Shown in pieces: positions 24,446-36,547 of a stretch of 64,000 nt of DNA. The notes below the pieces were generated by a model. The model made no database searches. It was not told the origin of the DNA and worked only from the letters and a program-made list of their open reading frames with translations. The first letter of the stretch is position 1, and each line of letters starts with the position of its first letter. A program made the translations under genes and the position numbers. Source of the stretch: Felis catus (Eukaryota); the NCBI RefSeq assembly GCF_018350175.1, contig NC_058383.1, positions 11,286,001 to 11,350,000 of the forward strand, given 5' to 3'.

Positions 24446-24717
24446 GTTTCAGTGGGTTCGAGCGCTCCCTCTGCCACACCGGGGGAAGGAGTGGATGAGC
24501 CGTGGTGCAGGGTTGGGGATCTGATGGTGGAACTTGTGTTTCGTTTCTGCTGCTCACAGCTGGCACCGGGCGTCTGTCTGATGTCTGCACACGGGAAGGA
24601 GTGAGCCCAAGTGCTGTGGGTGTCTGGGGCCGAAGGTGGCAATCTAGGGGGCAGGCGTCGGGCAGCAAGTATTTGTGTTGTGTGTGGAGGCTCGTCCTTG
24701 CGGCTGACCGAGGGCAG

Positions 24718-24850
24718 CACCGTGATACTCCCCTTGCGACCCGTGGACCCTCAGCATTGGCATCACCCAGGGGCTTGTTAGAACGTGGAGCCTCGGGCCC
24801 GCTCGCCACCTACCTCCTCGGAATCTGCGTCTTATCAAGAGCCCCCCCTT
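24718..24850. mobile_element. MER5A-like hAT relic
   Basis: gtggaccctcagcattggcatcacccaggggcttgttagaa...gaatctgcgt. Confidence 0.55.
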
Positions 24851-25264
24851 CCCACGTTGGGCGTGGGAGGCAGTCCCCAACACGCAGGTGTGACGGGGGG
24901 GCTCCTGGCAGGGTGGCCAGGCTGACATTTGCCTGTCCTAAGAGCCTGCGTCCTTACCCCTCCCCACTCATTCGTTCCTCGCCTACTCAAGTCCCTTCCT
25001 CGGAAGCTGGGAGAAGAAAGCAAACAGTGTCTAAGATGCCAGTCTTTGCCTTTGTTTGAAGAGTCATGCCCCAAAGGCTTGGCTTAACTCCCAAGTGGCC
25101 AGATTATCTGGAAGCACCAAAGATCCCACGTTCTGCTACAGAACAGAAATCACTCAAGAGGGAATCCGAGTTCTGGTAGGAAGATGGACGGCGCTGAGCT
25201 GGGAACGTACAATTCGCACCTGTCACCTAAAGGCAGTTTAACAATGTGCCAGGCACAGTAAGCT

Positions 25265-25920
25265 CCACTCCCCCCACCAGAAGATGTTCCCGTCTGCATC
25301 CCCAGAAACTGCTAATATGTTGCTTACATGGTAAAGGGACTTTGCAGATGCGATTATGTCAAGGGTTTTGAGACGAAGAGATTATTTTGCATATGTTTTA
25401 TTGTATATATTTATTATATATTCCTGGATTATTTATGTTTTTAGTGTTTATTTTTGAGAGAGAGAGAGTGCAGGTGAGCTAGTGGGGGGAGGGGCAGAGA
25501 GAGAGAGAGGGAGAGAGAGAATCCCAATCAGGCTCTGTTCCGGAGCCTGACTCGGGGCTCGACCCCGTGGACCGTGAGACCCTGACCTGAGCTGAAATCA
25601 AGAGTCGGATGCCTACCTGACCAAGCCACCCAGCCGCCCCCGTCCTGGATTGCGTAGATTAGGCCCGATGCAATCACCAGGGTCCTTACAAGGGGGTGAA
25701 AGGAGGGTGAGAGTCAGAGATGATGTGACAAGGTGTAGCAGAGGGGACAGAAGGAGATGTGACAACGGAGGCAGCCGTGGGAACCACGTGATCGCTGCCC
25801 TGGAAGACGGCGGAGGGCCACGAGCCAAGGAATGCGGGCCTCCAGAAGGTCCGAGAGCACGTTTGTCATTTTAAGGCACGAAGTCGGTGGAAGGTGATTA
25901 CAGCACCCGCAGGGGGTGGC
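25265..25920 (+). mobile_element. MLT1D-type MaLR LTR (interrupted by SINE)
   Basis: tacatggtaaagggactttgcagatgcgatta...caatcaccagggtccttacaag...gggccacgagccaaggaatgcggg. Confidence 0.8.
25431..25640 (-). mobile_element. CanSINE
   Basis: SINEC in reverse; TSD tcctggatt. Confidence 0.92.
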
Positions 25921-26289
25921 CTGGGTCTCCTCAACCGGTAGAGGTGGGGCTGGAGAGGCCAGGCCTGGACAGCACGGTGGCATCCAGCAGGGCTGGGGAC
26001 GGGAGCCCGGCTGGGGGACAGCGAGGGCAGGGGCCCGACTGGATGGTGTTTAAGTGGAGCCGAAGGTGGGATGAGGCGGGAGGGCTGGGCTGGGGCCGGA
26101 AGGTGGAAGCGAGATGGACACCCCCGCCGGGGGGGCTGGGCTCAAGCTGAGGGCTCACCAGGGTTGCTTCGTGGAGGAGGGATGCGATGGAGACGTCGTC
26201 TCTGGAAAGGAAAGCAAGCGAGCACGGGGAAAGGGATACAGGGCAAGGAGGTCACTGCAAGACCAGCGGAAAGAAGATGGCTTGTCCCG

Positions 26290-26470
26290 GGGCGGAACGC
26301 TCAGGACCCCAGCTTCGGACGGGTGGGTTCAAATCCTGCTCCCCATGGCTTACTGCTGCGTGACCTCAGGCGAGGCTCTCGGTGCCTCTGAGCTTTAATT
26401 TCCTCCGCGGTGAGAGTGAAGGTGACGGCCGTTGCTCAGCAAGTTCGTCTCGAGGACAAAATGAAATACA
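26290..26470 (+). mobile_element. MIR
   Basis: gggttcaaatcctgct...ctgcgtgacctcaggcgag...cctctgagctttaatttcctc. Confidence 0.65.
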
Positions 26471-26789
26471 AAAGCGAGACCTCGGCCACCCCGTGCTGTT
26501 CCACGCGACTGCAGTCACATCCCGCCTCCTGAGACGGTGGGCTCCCTCTGGGAAGCCGACATCGTGTGCCGACCCCCGGCGTGCCAGCATTGGTCAGTAC
26601 ATCTGTCCGCACGTCCCGTGGATCAAATCACCGTCCCTCAAACTTTCTCGAGTGCATTTGATGGATCGCCAGCCCAATAGCTTTCCGCCGATGTGGCGAG
26701 TAATAGTTCTGTTCCAGGAGAATGATTTTCAAAGGGAGCCACTGTATCTGCTGCTGAATATTAAAATGTGAGATGTCCCCAGTCATAAA

Positions 26790-26975
26790 AACAGTTACGA
26801 CTTGTTTAGGACCTACCGCTTGGCAGGGACCGTGTCAAGCACTTTTCTCGCGTCCTCTGGAATCCTTATTACAATTTGCAAGGAAGGTATCGTGGCTCTA
26901 TTTTATGGATGAAGAGAGAGCCTTGGGGACGTGGGGCCCAAGGACACAGAGCAGTGAGCCGATGCCACCACAAAT
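26790..26975 (-). mobile_element. MIR
   Basis: aatccttattacaa...ggaaggtat...ttttatggatgaagaga...gcccaaggacacagagcagtgag. Confidence 0.55.
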
Positions 26976-27123
26976 CCCCAGCGCTTAATAGGGTACAACA
27001 CTTCGTTCCTTAACTGGAACACCTTAAAGAAGGTCACTTAAATATTGTTCAGCATTTTTGTTTAAAGGGGAGAAGACATTTTCTGCCTCGTTGTTGTTAT
27101 AGGAAACAGAAGTCCTAAGATTT

Positions 27124-27180
27124 AAAAAAAAAATTATTTATTTTTGAGAGCGAAAGAGAGAGAGCGAGCAGGGGAGGGAC

Positions 27181-27237
<57 letters not shown>

Positions 27238-27369
27238 CAGAATCCAAAGCAGGCTCCAGGCTCTGAGCTGTCAGCACAGAGCCCGACGTGGGGCTCGAAC
27301 TCACGGACTGCGAGATCATGACCGGAGCTGAAGTCGGATGCTTAACCGACTGAGCCACCCAGGTGCCCC
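27124..27369 (-). mobile_element. CanSINE
   Basis: SINEC in reverse with (AG)n(ACAG)n expansion; TSD cctaagattt/cctaggattt. Confidence 0.96.
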
Positions 27370-27381
27370 CCTAGGATTTTT

Positions 27382-27605
27382 TTTTTTTTTAATTTTTTTT
27401 TTCAACGTTTATTTATTTTTGGGACAGAGAGAGACAGAGCATGAACGGGGGAGGGGCAGAGAGAGAGGGAGACACAGAATCGGAAACAGGCTCCAGGCTC
27501 TGAGCCATCAGCCTAGAGCCTGACGCGGGGCTCGAACCCACGGACCGCGAGATCGTGACCTGGCTGAAGTCGGACGCTTAACCGACTGCGCCACCCAGGC
27601 GCCCC
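27382..27605 (-). mobile_element. CanSINE (young subfamily)
   Basis: Near-consensus, CpG-intact; TSD cctaggatttttt. Confidence 0.97.
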
Positions 27606-27825
27606 CCCCCCCTAGGATTTTTTAACGAGTGCCAAATACTGCAGATTCTCGTGATAGGCTTGGAATTCTGTTCACGTCTTTGATTTGGGAAAAGTGGAAT
27701 CCACTTAAGGACTGGGGTTCTCGAATCTCTGTTTTGAAACGATTTGCTCTGTATTTCTTAGCTCATCATTGTTACTGTGAATGAAGGTTGTGAGGGCATC
27801 TTGCAGTTCTAGAGCCTTCTTAACT

Positions 27826-28043
27826 AATTTCAATTTATTTTTTTAAAGTTTGTTTATTTTGAAACAGAGAGAGAGCTGAGCAGAGGAGGGGCAGAGAGAG
27901 GGAAAGAGAGAATCCCAAGTAGGCTCTGTACTGTCAGCTCAGAGCCTGACATGGGGCTCAAACTCACAAACCGTGAGATCATGACCTGAGCCAAAATCAG
28001 GAGTCTGGTGCTTAATCAACTGAGTGACCTACCCAGGCACCCC
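27826..28043 (-). mobile_element. CanSINE (older subfamily)
   Basis: SINEC in reverse with aaatcaggagtc variant. Confidence 0.93.
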
Positions 28044-28074
28044 AACATTCTTAATTTAAAAAGATGCTATTAAA

Positions 28075-28279
28075 GGGGCGCCTGGGTGGCTCAGTCGGTT
28101 GAGCGTCCGACTTCAGCTCAGGTCATGATCTCACGGTCTGTGAGTTTGAGCTCTGTGTTGGGCTCTGTGCTGACAGCTCGGAGCCCGGAGCCCGCTTCGG
28201 ATTCTGTGTCTCCCTCTCTCTCTGCCCCTCCCCCACTCTCTCTGTCTCTCTCTCAAAAATAAATAGACATTAATAAAAA
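28075..28279 (+). mobile_element. CanSINE
   Basis: ggggcgcctgggtggctcagtcggttgagcg head to aaaaataaata tail; partial TSD aaaaagatgct. Confidence 0.96.
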
Positions 28280-28452
28280 GATGCTTCGATATTTAGTGTT
28301 TTTCTTAGGCTCCTGGCATTCCCCTCTGAGATCCCAGAGCTCAGCCAACCCGTGTTTGTCTCATTGCACCATGCCGTGTATCGTCAATTATTTTTTCCCA
28401 ATGTTTTTCTTGGGGCACAAGTACACAAACGCAAAATTGATCATCATAACCG

Positions 28453-28454
<2 letters not shown>

Positions 28455-28492
<38 letters not shown>

Positions 28493-28606
28493 GCTTCACG
28501 CCCCGTGCAGATCCCAGGGCAGGGCTTCCACTCATTACCCTGAGATCAAGACCTGAGCTGAGATCACGAGTTGGACATTTAACTGACGGAGCTGCCCCGG
28601 CGCCCC
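28455..28606 (-). mobile_element. Short CanSINE lacking the (CT)n segment, long polyA
   Basis: ~37-nt poly-T then ccctgagatcaagacctgagctgagatc...ggcgcccc; TSD catcataacc/catcgtaacc; sits in an L1 tail relic. Confidence 0.88.
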
Positions 28607-29023
28607 CATCGTAACCATTCTAAAGCGTGCAGTTTGGTGACACGGGAAGGTCCGCCACGGGCTACCTACCATCCATCCCCGGACCTCTGATGCTCACTCT
28701 TGGCCACACGACCTCCGTTGTGGGCTGCACGGGGTCTTCTCCTACCTGTCCCTCCGGGTCTTTGGGGGGGGACTCTTGGCTGACCACCGCCGCCCACAGG
28801 AACCTCCTCTGTGGATTCCTGTAGCCTCGCGGTTGGGACCCGTTTAGCCCTATTCTTGGTGCCGCCACTTCTGGCGCCCTGTGCGCTCCCCGGCGGGCTC
28901 CTGTGTTCTTGGCTCCTGGCTGCATCATCCAACAGCGAACGCCTCCCTGATCCGTATCTCCAGGACAGGATGGTTGCTGCTCAGAGCCCTGGGACCCTTT
29001 AAGCCCCATCTTCTAGACCTTTT

Positions 29024-29051
29024 ATTTTGATATTAAAAAAAAATGTATTTT

Positions 29052-29098
<47 letters not shown>

Positions 29099-29271
29099 CG
29101 GATGGGGGAGGGGTAGAGGGGAGAGAGAGAGAGAGAGAGAGGGAGAATCCCAAGCAGGGTCCATGTTCAGGGAGGAGCCCAACATGGGGCTCGATCCCAC
29201 GACCCTGGGATCGTGACCTGAGCCGAAATCAAGAGTCCGACGCTCAACTGACTGAGCCACCCAGGCGCCCC
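29024..29271 (-). mobile_element. CanSINE
   Basis: SINEC in reverse; TSD tagacctt/tagacttt. Confidence 0.94.
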
Positions 29272-30952
29272 TAGACTTTTGCGCCTCCCTCTTCTCACCC
29301 CCAACTCCGGGTCCCACTGCAACCAATATAGTCAGAAGCAAAATCGCTTCCTTTCTCCCCCCACCCAGCCCTTCTTCTCGCCAGCCCGGTATGTCCTTCT
29401 CCTTCTCACGTCCGATGGCGGATGGCCAGGGGTGCCTGACGTCCAGACTGCCTCTCTGTTCCCCTGGCGTGGCCTGTGCGTCTTGGGCACTTCTCAGTGT
29501 CGTGCGAGTTTGGGCAAGTTGGTGGAGCCCCTCCGGGGCATGTCAGGCTCACCACGCTCCCCACACGCTCCCCTGTACCGGGGCCTGGGCCGGGCAGGGC
29601 CAGGTGTGGCCCTGAGCTCCCTTTTGGCGTTCTTAACCTGTCTCGTGCTGCAGACGCAGGTGCTGGGATGGAATGGGGGGTGCGGCCTTGGGCAGAGAAG
29701 TCGAGTGGGAGGTGCAGACCCAGTGAAGGCCGGGACACCCTGGGAGGGGGGCCCCAGAGAAAGCGCTGGGCTTCGGAGTTGTCCCGTGTTGGGCCCCAAT
29801 GGCTGGGCCTTTGTATCTCTGCCTCGCTTGGTCACCGGGGATGGGGGGCCTCGGTCCCCAGCAGGCCTGGGAGGACCGGGTGGCTGACGGCTGTGTGCTC
29901 CTCCGGGCTGGGCAGCGAGGGGTCCCCGGACGTGGGATCTGGAGGCTGCCACCTCCTTTCTCCATCCCCTCCACGCACCTGCTGCTCCCTCCGGCCACCT
30001 TCGTAATAGAATGTGAGTTTGTTTAAATATCGGCATGTTAACGGCTCTGAAGTGGTTTGCTCAGTAGGATATGAAAAAGCCTTGCTCAATTGGTATTAAT
30101 GTTCTTAACCTCTGCGGAGGGCTTCCTCTTGGACTGCGGATCACGAGAGCGGAGTTTCATTGCCCCGGTAGCGGGGAAGCGATTTCTCTCCATTTACAGG
30201 CTGCAATAATGCTTTACGAGGGTGCCCTTCACTTGCTAAGATATTAAAACGATGATAAATCAGAGTTCAACACTGTGGATGAGCCATAGCTTCATCAGCA
30301 TTTAGAGGGCCTCTTGTAGATTTCCCGCACAATGACCCTCGATCCTTCTACCGAGTGTGTGTTCCTAGGCGCCCCGGGAGAATTCAGAACGCGACAGAGG
30401 GAGGCTAGGAGCCGCAGCCGGCAAGAAAGAAGCTTGGAGGAGGGAGCTTGGAGGTTTGGTGACCTGGCCCAGGTGGAGGCCACAGCAGGTGGACGGGCCG
30501 GCTGGCTGTGGGGTGGGGAGGGTGTGCAGACTTTAGAAGGACCCACCTGTTCCCGGCCCCTGGTCCCCTGTCCCCGAGCATCTTTCCCCAGACCCGGTAT
30601 TCAGAGAGGCCGAGGGCGTTGTAACCCTCCAAGAGTGAAAATACCAACAGGGAAGTCAATGCCCCTGTGCCGGGCAGGGAATAGAGGCCCCTCTCTTTGC
30701 AAACAGTGGTTTCCATTTATGGCCTGGAGTGGAAAAGCCACATGTAGATGGCACTGCTGGCGGGCTAGTCCGCCAGGGCTTGCCATGCATGAAGCCACAC
30801 AAATTTGCTTTCTCACACTTCTGGAGGCCGGAAATCTGAGATCAAGGTGTTCGTGGGGTTGGTTTTCCGGAGGCTGATCTTGGCCTTCAGGTGATGCTCC
30901 CTGCCTGTGTCCTCACGTGGCCGTTTCTTTGTGCCTGTTTAGGCCCAGACTT

Positions 30953-30971
30953 CTCCTCCTCCTCCTCCTCC

Positions 30972-31006
<35 letters not shown>

Positions 31007-31050
31007 CTCCTCCTCCTCCTCTCCCCCCTCCTCCCCCCTTCCCCTTCCCC
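30953..31050. repeat. (CCT)n microsatellite
   Basis: Direct observation, abutting the SINE tail. Confidence 0.93.
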
Positions 31051-31056
31051 TTCTAC

Positions 31057-31121
31057 TTAAAGTTTATTTGTTCATTTGAGAGAGACAGAGACAGCACAAG
31101 TCACAGAGGGAGGGAGGGAGG

Positions 31122-31163
<42 letters not shown>

Positions 31164-31289
31164 CCTAAGCAGGCTCCATGCTGCCAGCACAGAGCCCAAC
31201 ACAGGGCTTGAACTCACAAACTATGAGGTGATGACCTGAGCTGAAATCAAGAGTCAGACGCTTAACCAGCCGAGCCACCCAGGCGCCCC
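31057..31289 (-). mobile_element. CanSINE
   Basis: SINEC in reverse with (GGGA)n(GA)n. Confidence 0.94.
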
Positions 31290-32979
31290 CAAATTTCCTC
31301 TTAAGAGGATACTGGTCCTATTGGATAAGGGCCCACCCTAAGGACATCATTTTAACGCAATTCCCTGTTTAAAGAGCCTCTTTCCAAATGTAGTACCATT
31401 CTGAGCTACTGGGGTTGGGACCTCAGTAGATGCATATTTTGGGGTGGGGGGAAGGCACACACAGTTCAGCTGTTGACAGCCAGGCTGGGAGAGAGAGCAC
31501 GAGACATCACAGAGCCCCTAAAAATTTAACAAAAGCCTCTGCTTCTTGTCCCAGCAGAGTGTGGACCGGGGTCTGACATCCCACTTGGTGGCTGTGGGAC
31601 ACCAGGCCTCCCTGCGCAGCCCGAGGGGAAGTGAAGGCCTCCGTGGGGACTCGTAGCTCCTTCCTAATTGTCCCCTGCATGTGGCCCGATGGTCGGGGCT
31701 GGATCTGCACAGGCTCACGGGGGAGCGTGGTGCCAGGCCTGCCCTCTTGTCCCCTGTCCCTGGCAGGGGGAGGGGACACACTATCAAAGCAAGAGCCCAA
31801 ATGAAGGCTCCCCTGTGTGATCTGAGCCTTCAGAGGGAGGACAGGGCAGCGGGCAGAAGTTCTTGGGAGGGGCCTGACTTGGCCTTGGCCGTGAGAGGGA
31901 CGTGGGCACGTAGGAGAGGAGAGGGATGTGCCAGGGGGCCGCGTGAGGCGAGCCTTGGACACCGTGCAAGTTACACACGGGCAGGTTTTCCATCGGCTTC
32001 TTGGAACGTGAGTGTGCACAGGCCTCGTGTTCTTCCCGACCTCTCTGGCTCCGGCTGGTCCAGGACCTGCTGCTGTAGGACCTCAGGGTCCCTGCAGAGC
32101 CCCTCCCGCATGTTTCTGGAGCCCTCTGGGGTATCTCACATGGCTCACGGCTGTGCCCAGTCCTAGCCGGCCTGGCCACGGCCCCACCGTCCCTCGCCGG
32201 GTGCGGCTGGGACTCCCGGGGCTCCGTGGCTTTGCCATCAACTCCTAGACCTGCCGCCCCCCGCCGGGCCCCACCTGGCTCTCCTGCCTTCAAGTCACAG
32301 AGCGGTGGATGCCCTTGGGGACACGTGGGATGGCAGCGGGGTGGAGAAGGCCCCCTCGTTTCTGTGTGACCCTCAGCTAGAGGGGCCCCTCCTAGGTGTG
32401 ACTTGTGCTCCAAGGTCACAGCGGAATTTTATAGAACATGAAGTGGGGGTTTGTTGAGAACTCCTTTGCCTTCGGGGGACTTGGCCGTGAGTCAGTGGGA
32501 CCGGCTGGGGGTGGGCGTGCGTGACCATGCTGCCATGCCACACGGCCATCTGAGGACGGGCCCATTGTCCTCGGCTCACCCCTCTCTCGGTCTCTGGGCA
32601 AACAGGCTTCTGGTGCAGCTGCCCGTGTTTATGACACCCCCAGACTCACTCGATGGATTTTATTTTGGGTAACTTGATTTGCATGGCATTGGGAGCATAA
32701 CCAGGTTCAGAGGATGAGAAGGGGGGGGACTCCATCCTGGTTTCATCCCTTGGTTGCTGGGTGCCGTTGGGCAGGACACTTGACCTCTCTGGTCTTGGGT
32801 ATCCTCACCTGTGGAAACCAGCATGCTGGGCTGAGCATATAAGGTCGGTTCAAGCTGTGATGCACAGCATGTGCCAGTCTGGGCACTAATGGACTAAAGG
32901 ATCACGGGGTCGGAGAGAACATTCGTCAAGGCACAGAGTTCTCTCGAGGGTGGCTCCCTCTGCGTCGTCTGCTGGGCCC

Positions 32980-33410
32980 TCTGATTCCCACCAGCTGTCA
33001 CCCTCTCTCCCCTTTCCTTCTCATCACACCTTCTGCAAGTCTTGGGGCGCCTCGGTGGCTCAGTCGGTTGAGCGTCCAACTGTTTATATTGGCTCAGCCC
33101 GTGTCAGGCTCTGCACTGAGCAGGGGACCTGCTTCGGGTTCTCTGTCTGCCCCTCTCCCACTTGCGTTGTCTCTCTCTCTTTCTCTCTCTCTCCCTAGAA
33201 GTCTTTGTCTACACTACCTCCTCTGTTTCTCAGCTCCCATCCACAACGCAACCCACTACAATCCGGTTTCTCTGACACCACTCCCCTAAAACCGGCTCCA
33301 CCGAGCTCTTCGGTGGCCTTGCCGCTAAATCCCAGGTATACACTTCTCTGCCCTTCGGGGGTCTCTGGGGCCACTTGATGTCACTGGCCACTCTGTTACT
33401 GAAATGCTGT
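32980..33410 (+). mobile_element. L2 internal relic (interrupted by SINE)
   Basis: caacccactacaatccggtttc...caccactcc...gctaaatcc...cacttctct. Confidence 0.5.
33044..33197 (+). mobile_element. CanSINE, internally deleted
   Basis: ggggcgcctcggtggctcagtcggttgagcgtccaact head, (CT)n; TSD aagtctt. Confidence 0.88.
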
Positions 33411-34030
33411 CCCATGCTCAGGATGAGTTAAGGCAAGATACAAATGGAGCGTGCTGCGAAGTCAGTGAGGGTTGAGGGGAGGGGGTTTCCTCGTCATGAG
33501 GACCCCAAGGAGCAGGAGGGGCTCCTGGCAGAGGACAGTGGTCGAGGATGACAAAGACATGAAGAATGGTGGGGTCCGCTGGGGCCGCAGACTTTGGAAA
33601 GTATCCCTGACGCTGTTTTGTTCCCGCAGCCCAGTGGGAGGCACCGGGCGATCTTTTGAGTGGCCAGTGACGTCGGTCTGGCTCTGCAGATAAACCTGGT
33701 GACAAGTGGCCAGAGGGTGAGGACAGCTAGGTGTGGCCGTTCTCAGCCGGTGGTGGAACCAGCCGGTGGGTGCAAGGAGCCAGGACAGCCCAGGGTGTGT
33801 GACGTGCCGTTAGCATCTCGGCTTTCGAAATGAGACGTGCTCGCGGTGGGGGGGCGGGAGGGGGTGTCTCCGGAGCCAGTGTTGCTGGATTCCATAATGC
33901 ACACTCCCCCCCCTCCCCCCAGCCCTGCTTTGCAGACCACCCTCCCAGATGGTACCACTCGGTGCTTGCTCAGAGAGCGCCCACCCTCCCATCGGATGGC
34001 AGCCATGTGCTTGCGTATTTCTCCCCCCCA

Positions 34031-34540
34031 CTAGCGTGTGGACGCCTCTAGAAGGGGACCCGGATTCCTGGCCGGACGGATGCGACACAGGGCCTGGCAC
34101 GGGGCGGCGGGGGGGCTGGGGAAACGTTCGTGGAGGAGCAGAAGGGAAGCAAGAAAGGCTGGAGCGAGCTGCGCGGGGCTAGCCAGAAACCGGAGCTGCC
34201 GAGCACTGATCAGAGGATGAAGGGCAGAGTCAGGCTGCCGGGGCGTCCCCACCCCCGCCGTCTCCCCGGCACTTTGCACCGCGTCCTTTGAAGCCCAGCC
34301 GGTAAACCCCCGACTGCGTGCAGCCGTCCCGTCCGGAGGGTTTATGGCTTGCAGGGCCGTGTGCAGATCTGAGCGGCCGCGCAGACGTGTCCCCCACCAG
34401 ACTCCCGCAGCCAGCTGCCCGCGGACGCGGGCAGATGTTTCTGTTTTCCGTGCCAGCGGGAGCTCTTGTGCGCTTTTCCTCGGTGCGCGTCTGTGGCAAC
34501 GAGCTCGATGATGAGAGCCGAGAAGAAACGACCGTCAGAA
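34031..34540. promoter_or_regulatory. CpG-island-like segment
   Basis: ~50 CpG in ~510 bp by manual count, GC-rich, no recognisable repeat. Confidence 0.45.
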
Positions 34541-34940
34541 TCCTCAGCTTCAGGCAGGGCTCTCAGGAGCGAGAGGGAGCAGATCACTGGGGAATTAGTT
34601 CAAGAAAGCCAGCGCGAATGCTTTTAAAAGCAGCCTGTGGCCAAGAGGGCTTGGGGCGGCCCTTTGGTGAGCCCACAAAGTGATTCATTGTCGAGTCGGG
34701 GAATTTCAGAGCCGTCAGGGGCCTGGAGGTCATCTCAATAGCCCCCTGTTGTGTCGCGGGTGGGGGAAGCAGACGAAGCGAGAAGGAGAAGCTGATTTAA
34801 ATAGGATGGGTTTAGTCAGTCTATGAGGATAGAGAAAGACACTCCCTCCAGACAGTCACAGCCTCGTGCCAGGGGGCAAGGGTTGGTGAGCAGAGTGCAA
34901 ACTAGATCTCAGCCCCTCCTGGCCCAGTGGGATGGGCAAC

Positions 34941-34983
34941 TTTGTGCAGTAAACAACCTGTGCAGCTGCACATGGCGACCCTG
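34941..34983. mobile_element. MER91-like hAT terminus
   Basis: ttgtgcagtaaacaacctgtgcagctgcacatggcgaccctg resembles the MER91 terminal sequence as I recall it. Confidence 0.45.
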
Positions 34984-35149
34984 CACATCAGGGAGCGACG
35001 GAGGTAAGGTCAGAGGCCGCTGCTTTGCTGCCTCGCCCCCTGTAGGTGGTCGAGATGGAAAAGTAACTTTGACACACACCCTTTACGTGCGTCTGGGGGT
35101 CTGGGTTCAGCCATATCAGGAGCAGCCTTGGGTCTGTGGCTTTGAAAGC

Positions 35150-35375
35150 TGACTGGCTTCTGGAGCCAGATTACCTGGGGTCCAATCCTGGTCTCGCAAC
35201 TTCTGACCGGTGTGAACTTGGTGAGGTGCTTAGCTTCCCTGCTTCCACCTTCTCGTCTGTGAAATGGAATTCAGGATAGTCGCGGCTTGCTTGGGCAAAT
35301 TCAGTGAGTTCACACGTGTGGCGCGCATCGGAGAAGCGCCTGGCACATAGTGAGCGCTGCCCGAATGCTGTGGTT
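35150..35375 (+). mobile_element. MIR
   Basis: ggagccagattacctggggtccaatcctgg...ctcgtctgtgaaatgg...gcctggcacatagtgagcgct. Confidence 0.75.
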
Positions 35376-36131
35376 TTCATTCCGCTCCTGGGGACGATAA
35401 TGACGTGTTTGTACAGTCCCCTCAACGCCAGCATCTCTGAAGTCCCTGGGTCCCCATCACTTGGTGGGAGATATAGCGACCTCCGTCTTTCCTTGGGTGG
35501 AACTGAGACTCACCAAGGCTCACGGATTCACTGCAGACCCCTCTCCCCCCCCCAGCAGGGGAGCAGAGCTGGGATTCTGGGCTCCAGACCCTGCCCTGCG
35601 ATTTGCCCATCAATCCAGGTATTTATAGGAGTATTCGTGCCTCTTGACAGACCGCAAGCGTCTTTCGCAGGTGCATTTTTTACACGTGGCAGGTGCTCCC
35701 ACGAGACACCCTCAACAAACATCAAAGCTTTCCAACACTTGTAGCAAAGATGACAGGTGGGGCAGAAGCCAGTTTCTTGACCATAAAACGTGTTAGGGGA
35801 CAGGGCTCGTGCCTCGCAAAGCTACGGCAACAGCTTTGTCTTCAGGGCTCTCTTGTTACCTCCCGGGTGCCTCCCTCTGCTCTGTTCCTGGTCCTGCCTC
35901 TGTCCTCTGACCCACCGAAGCCTCCCCGCTCTCCATGGGTCCCAGTCCATAGCTTGGGTTTTCACCCTCTTGACAGGATCTCTCATGGAGCCAATAGGTT
36001 TAGTTTTGGTGAGGTTCAACTTATCAATTTTTTCCTATTATGGATCATGCTTTTGTGTCTTACCCAAGAGCGCCTCACCAAGCCCCAGGTCCCAAAGGTT
36101 TTCTCCTACGTTGTCTTCTTCAGAATTTTAG

Positions 36132-36164
<33 letters not shown>

Positions 36165-36547
36165 TTTAGCCCTGTGATTTTTTTTCTTTGAGTTATTTTT
36201 TGTATCAGATGTGAAGCTTGGTGGAGTTTTATTTTTTTTGCCTCTGGAGATCCAGTTGTTTCAATACCATTTGTTGGAAAGTTTATCCTTCCTGCATTGT
36301 TTTTTTACACCTTTTGTCAAAAGTCCTCTGGCTGTGGTTGCGTGGGCCTGTTTCTGGATTGTCTATTCTGTTCCAGTGAGCTATGCGTCTGTCCCTCCAC
36401 CAATGCCACACAGTCTCGGTCACGATCGCTGAAGAGTAAGTCTGGAGATCAGTTGGATGGATTCTTTTCATTTTCTATTTCGTCTTCAAAATTGTTTGGT
36501 CTATTCTAATTCCTTTGCCCTTCTGCACATACTTTAGAGTAAGTTTG

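Larger units (their letters stand above)
30762..31478 (-). mobile_element. MLT1A-type MaLR LTR (interrupted by SINE and (CCT)n)
   Basis: tctcacacttctggaggccggaaatctgagatcaaggtg...ttggataagggcccaccctaa...cattctgagctactgggg. Confidence 0.8.
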
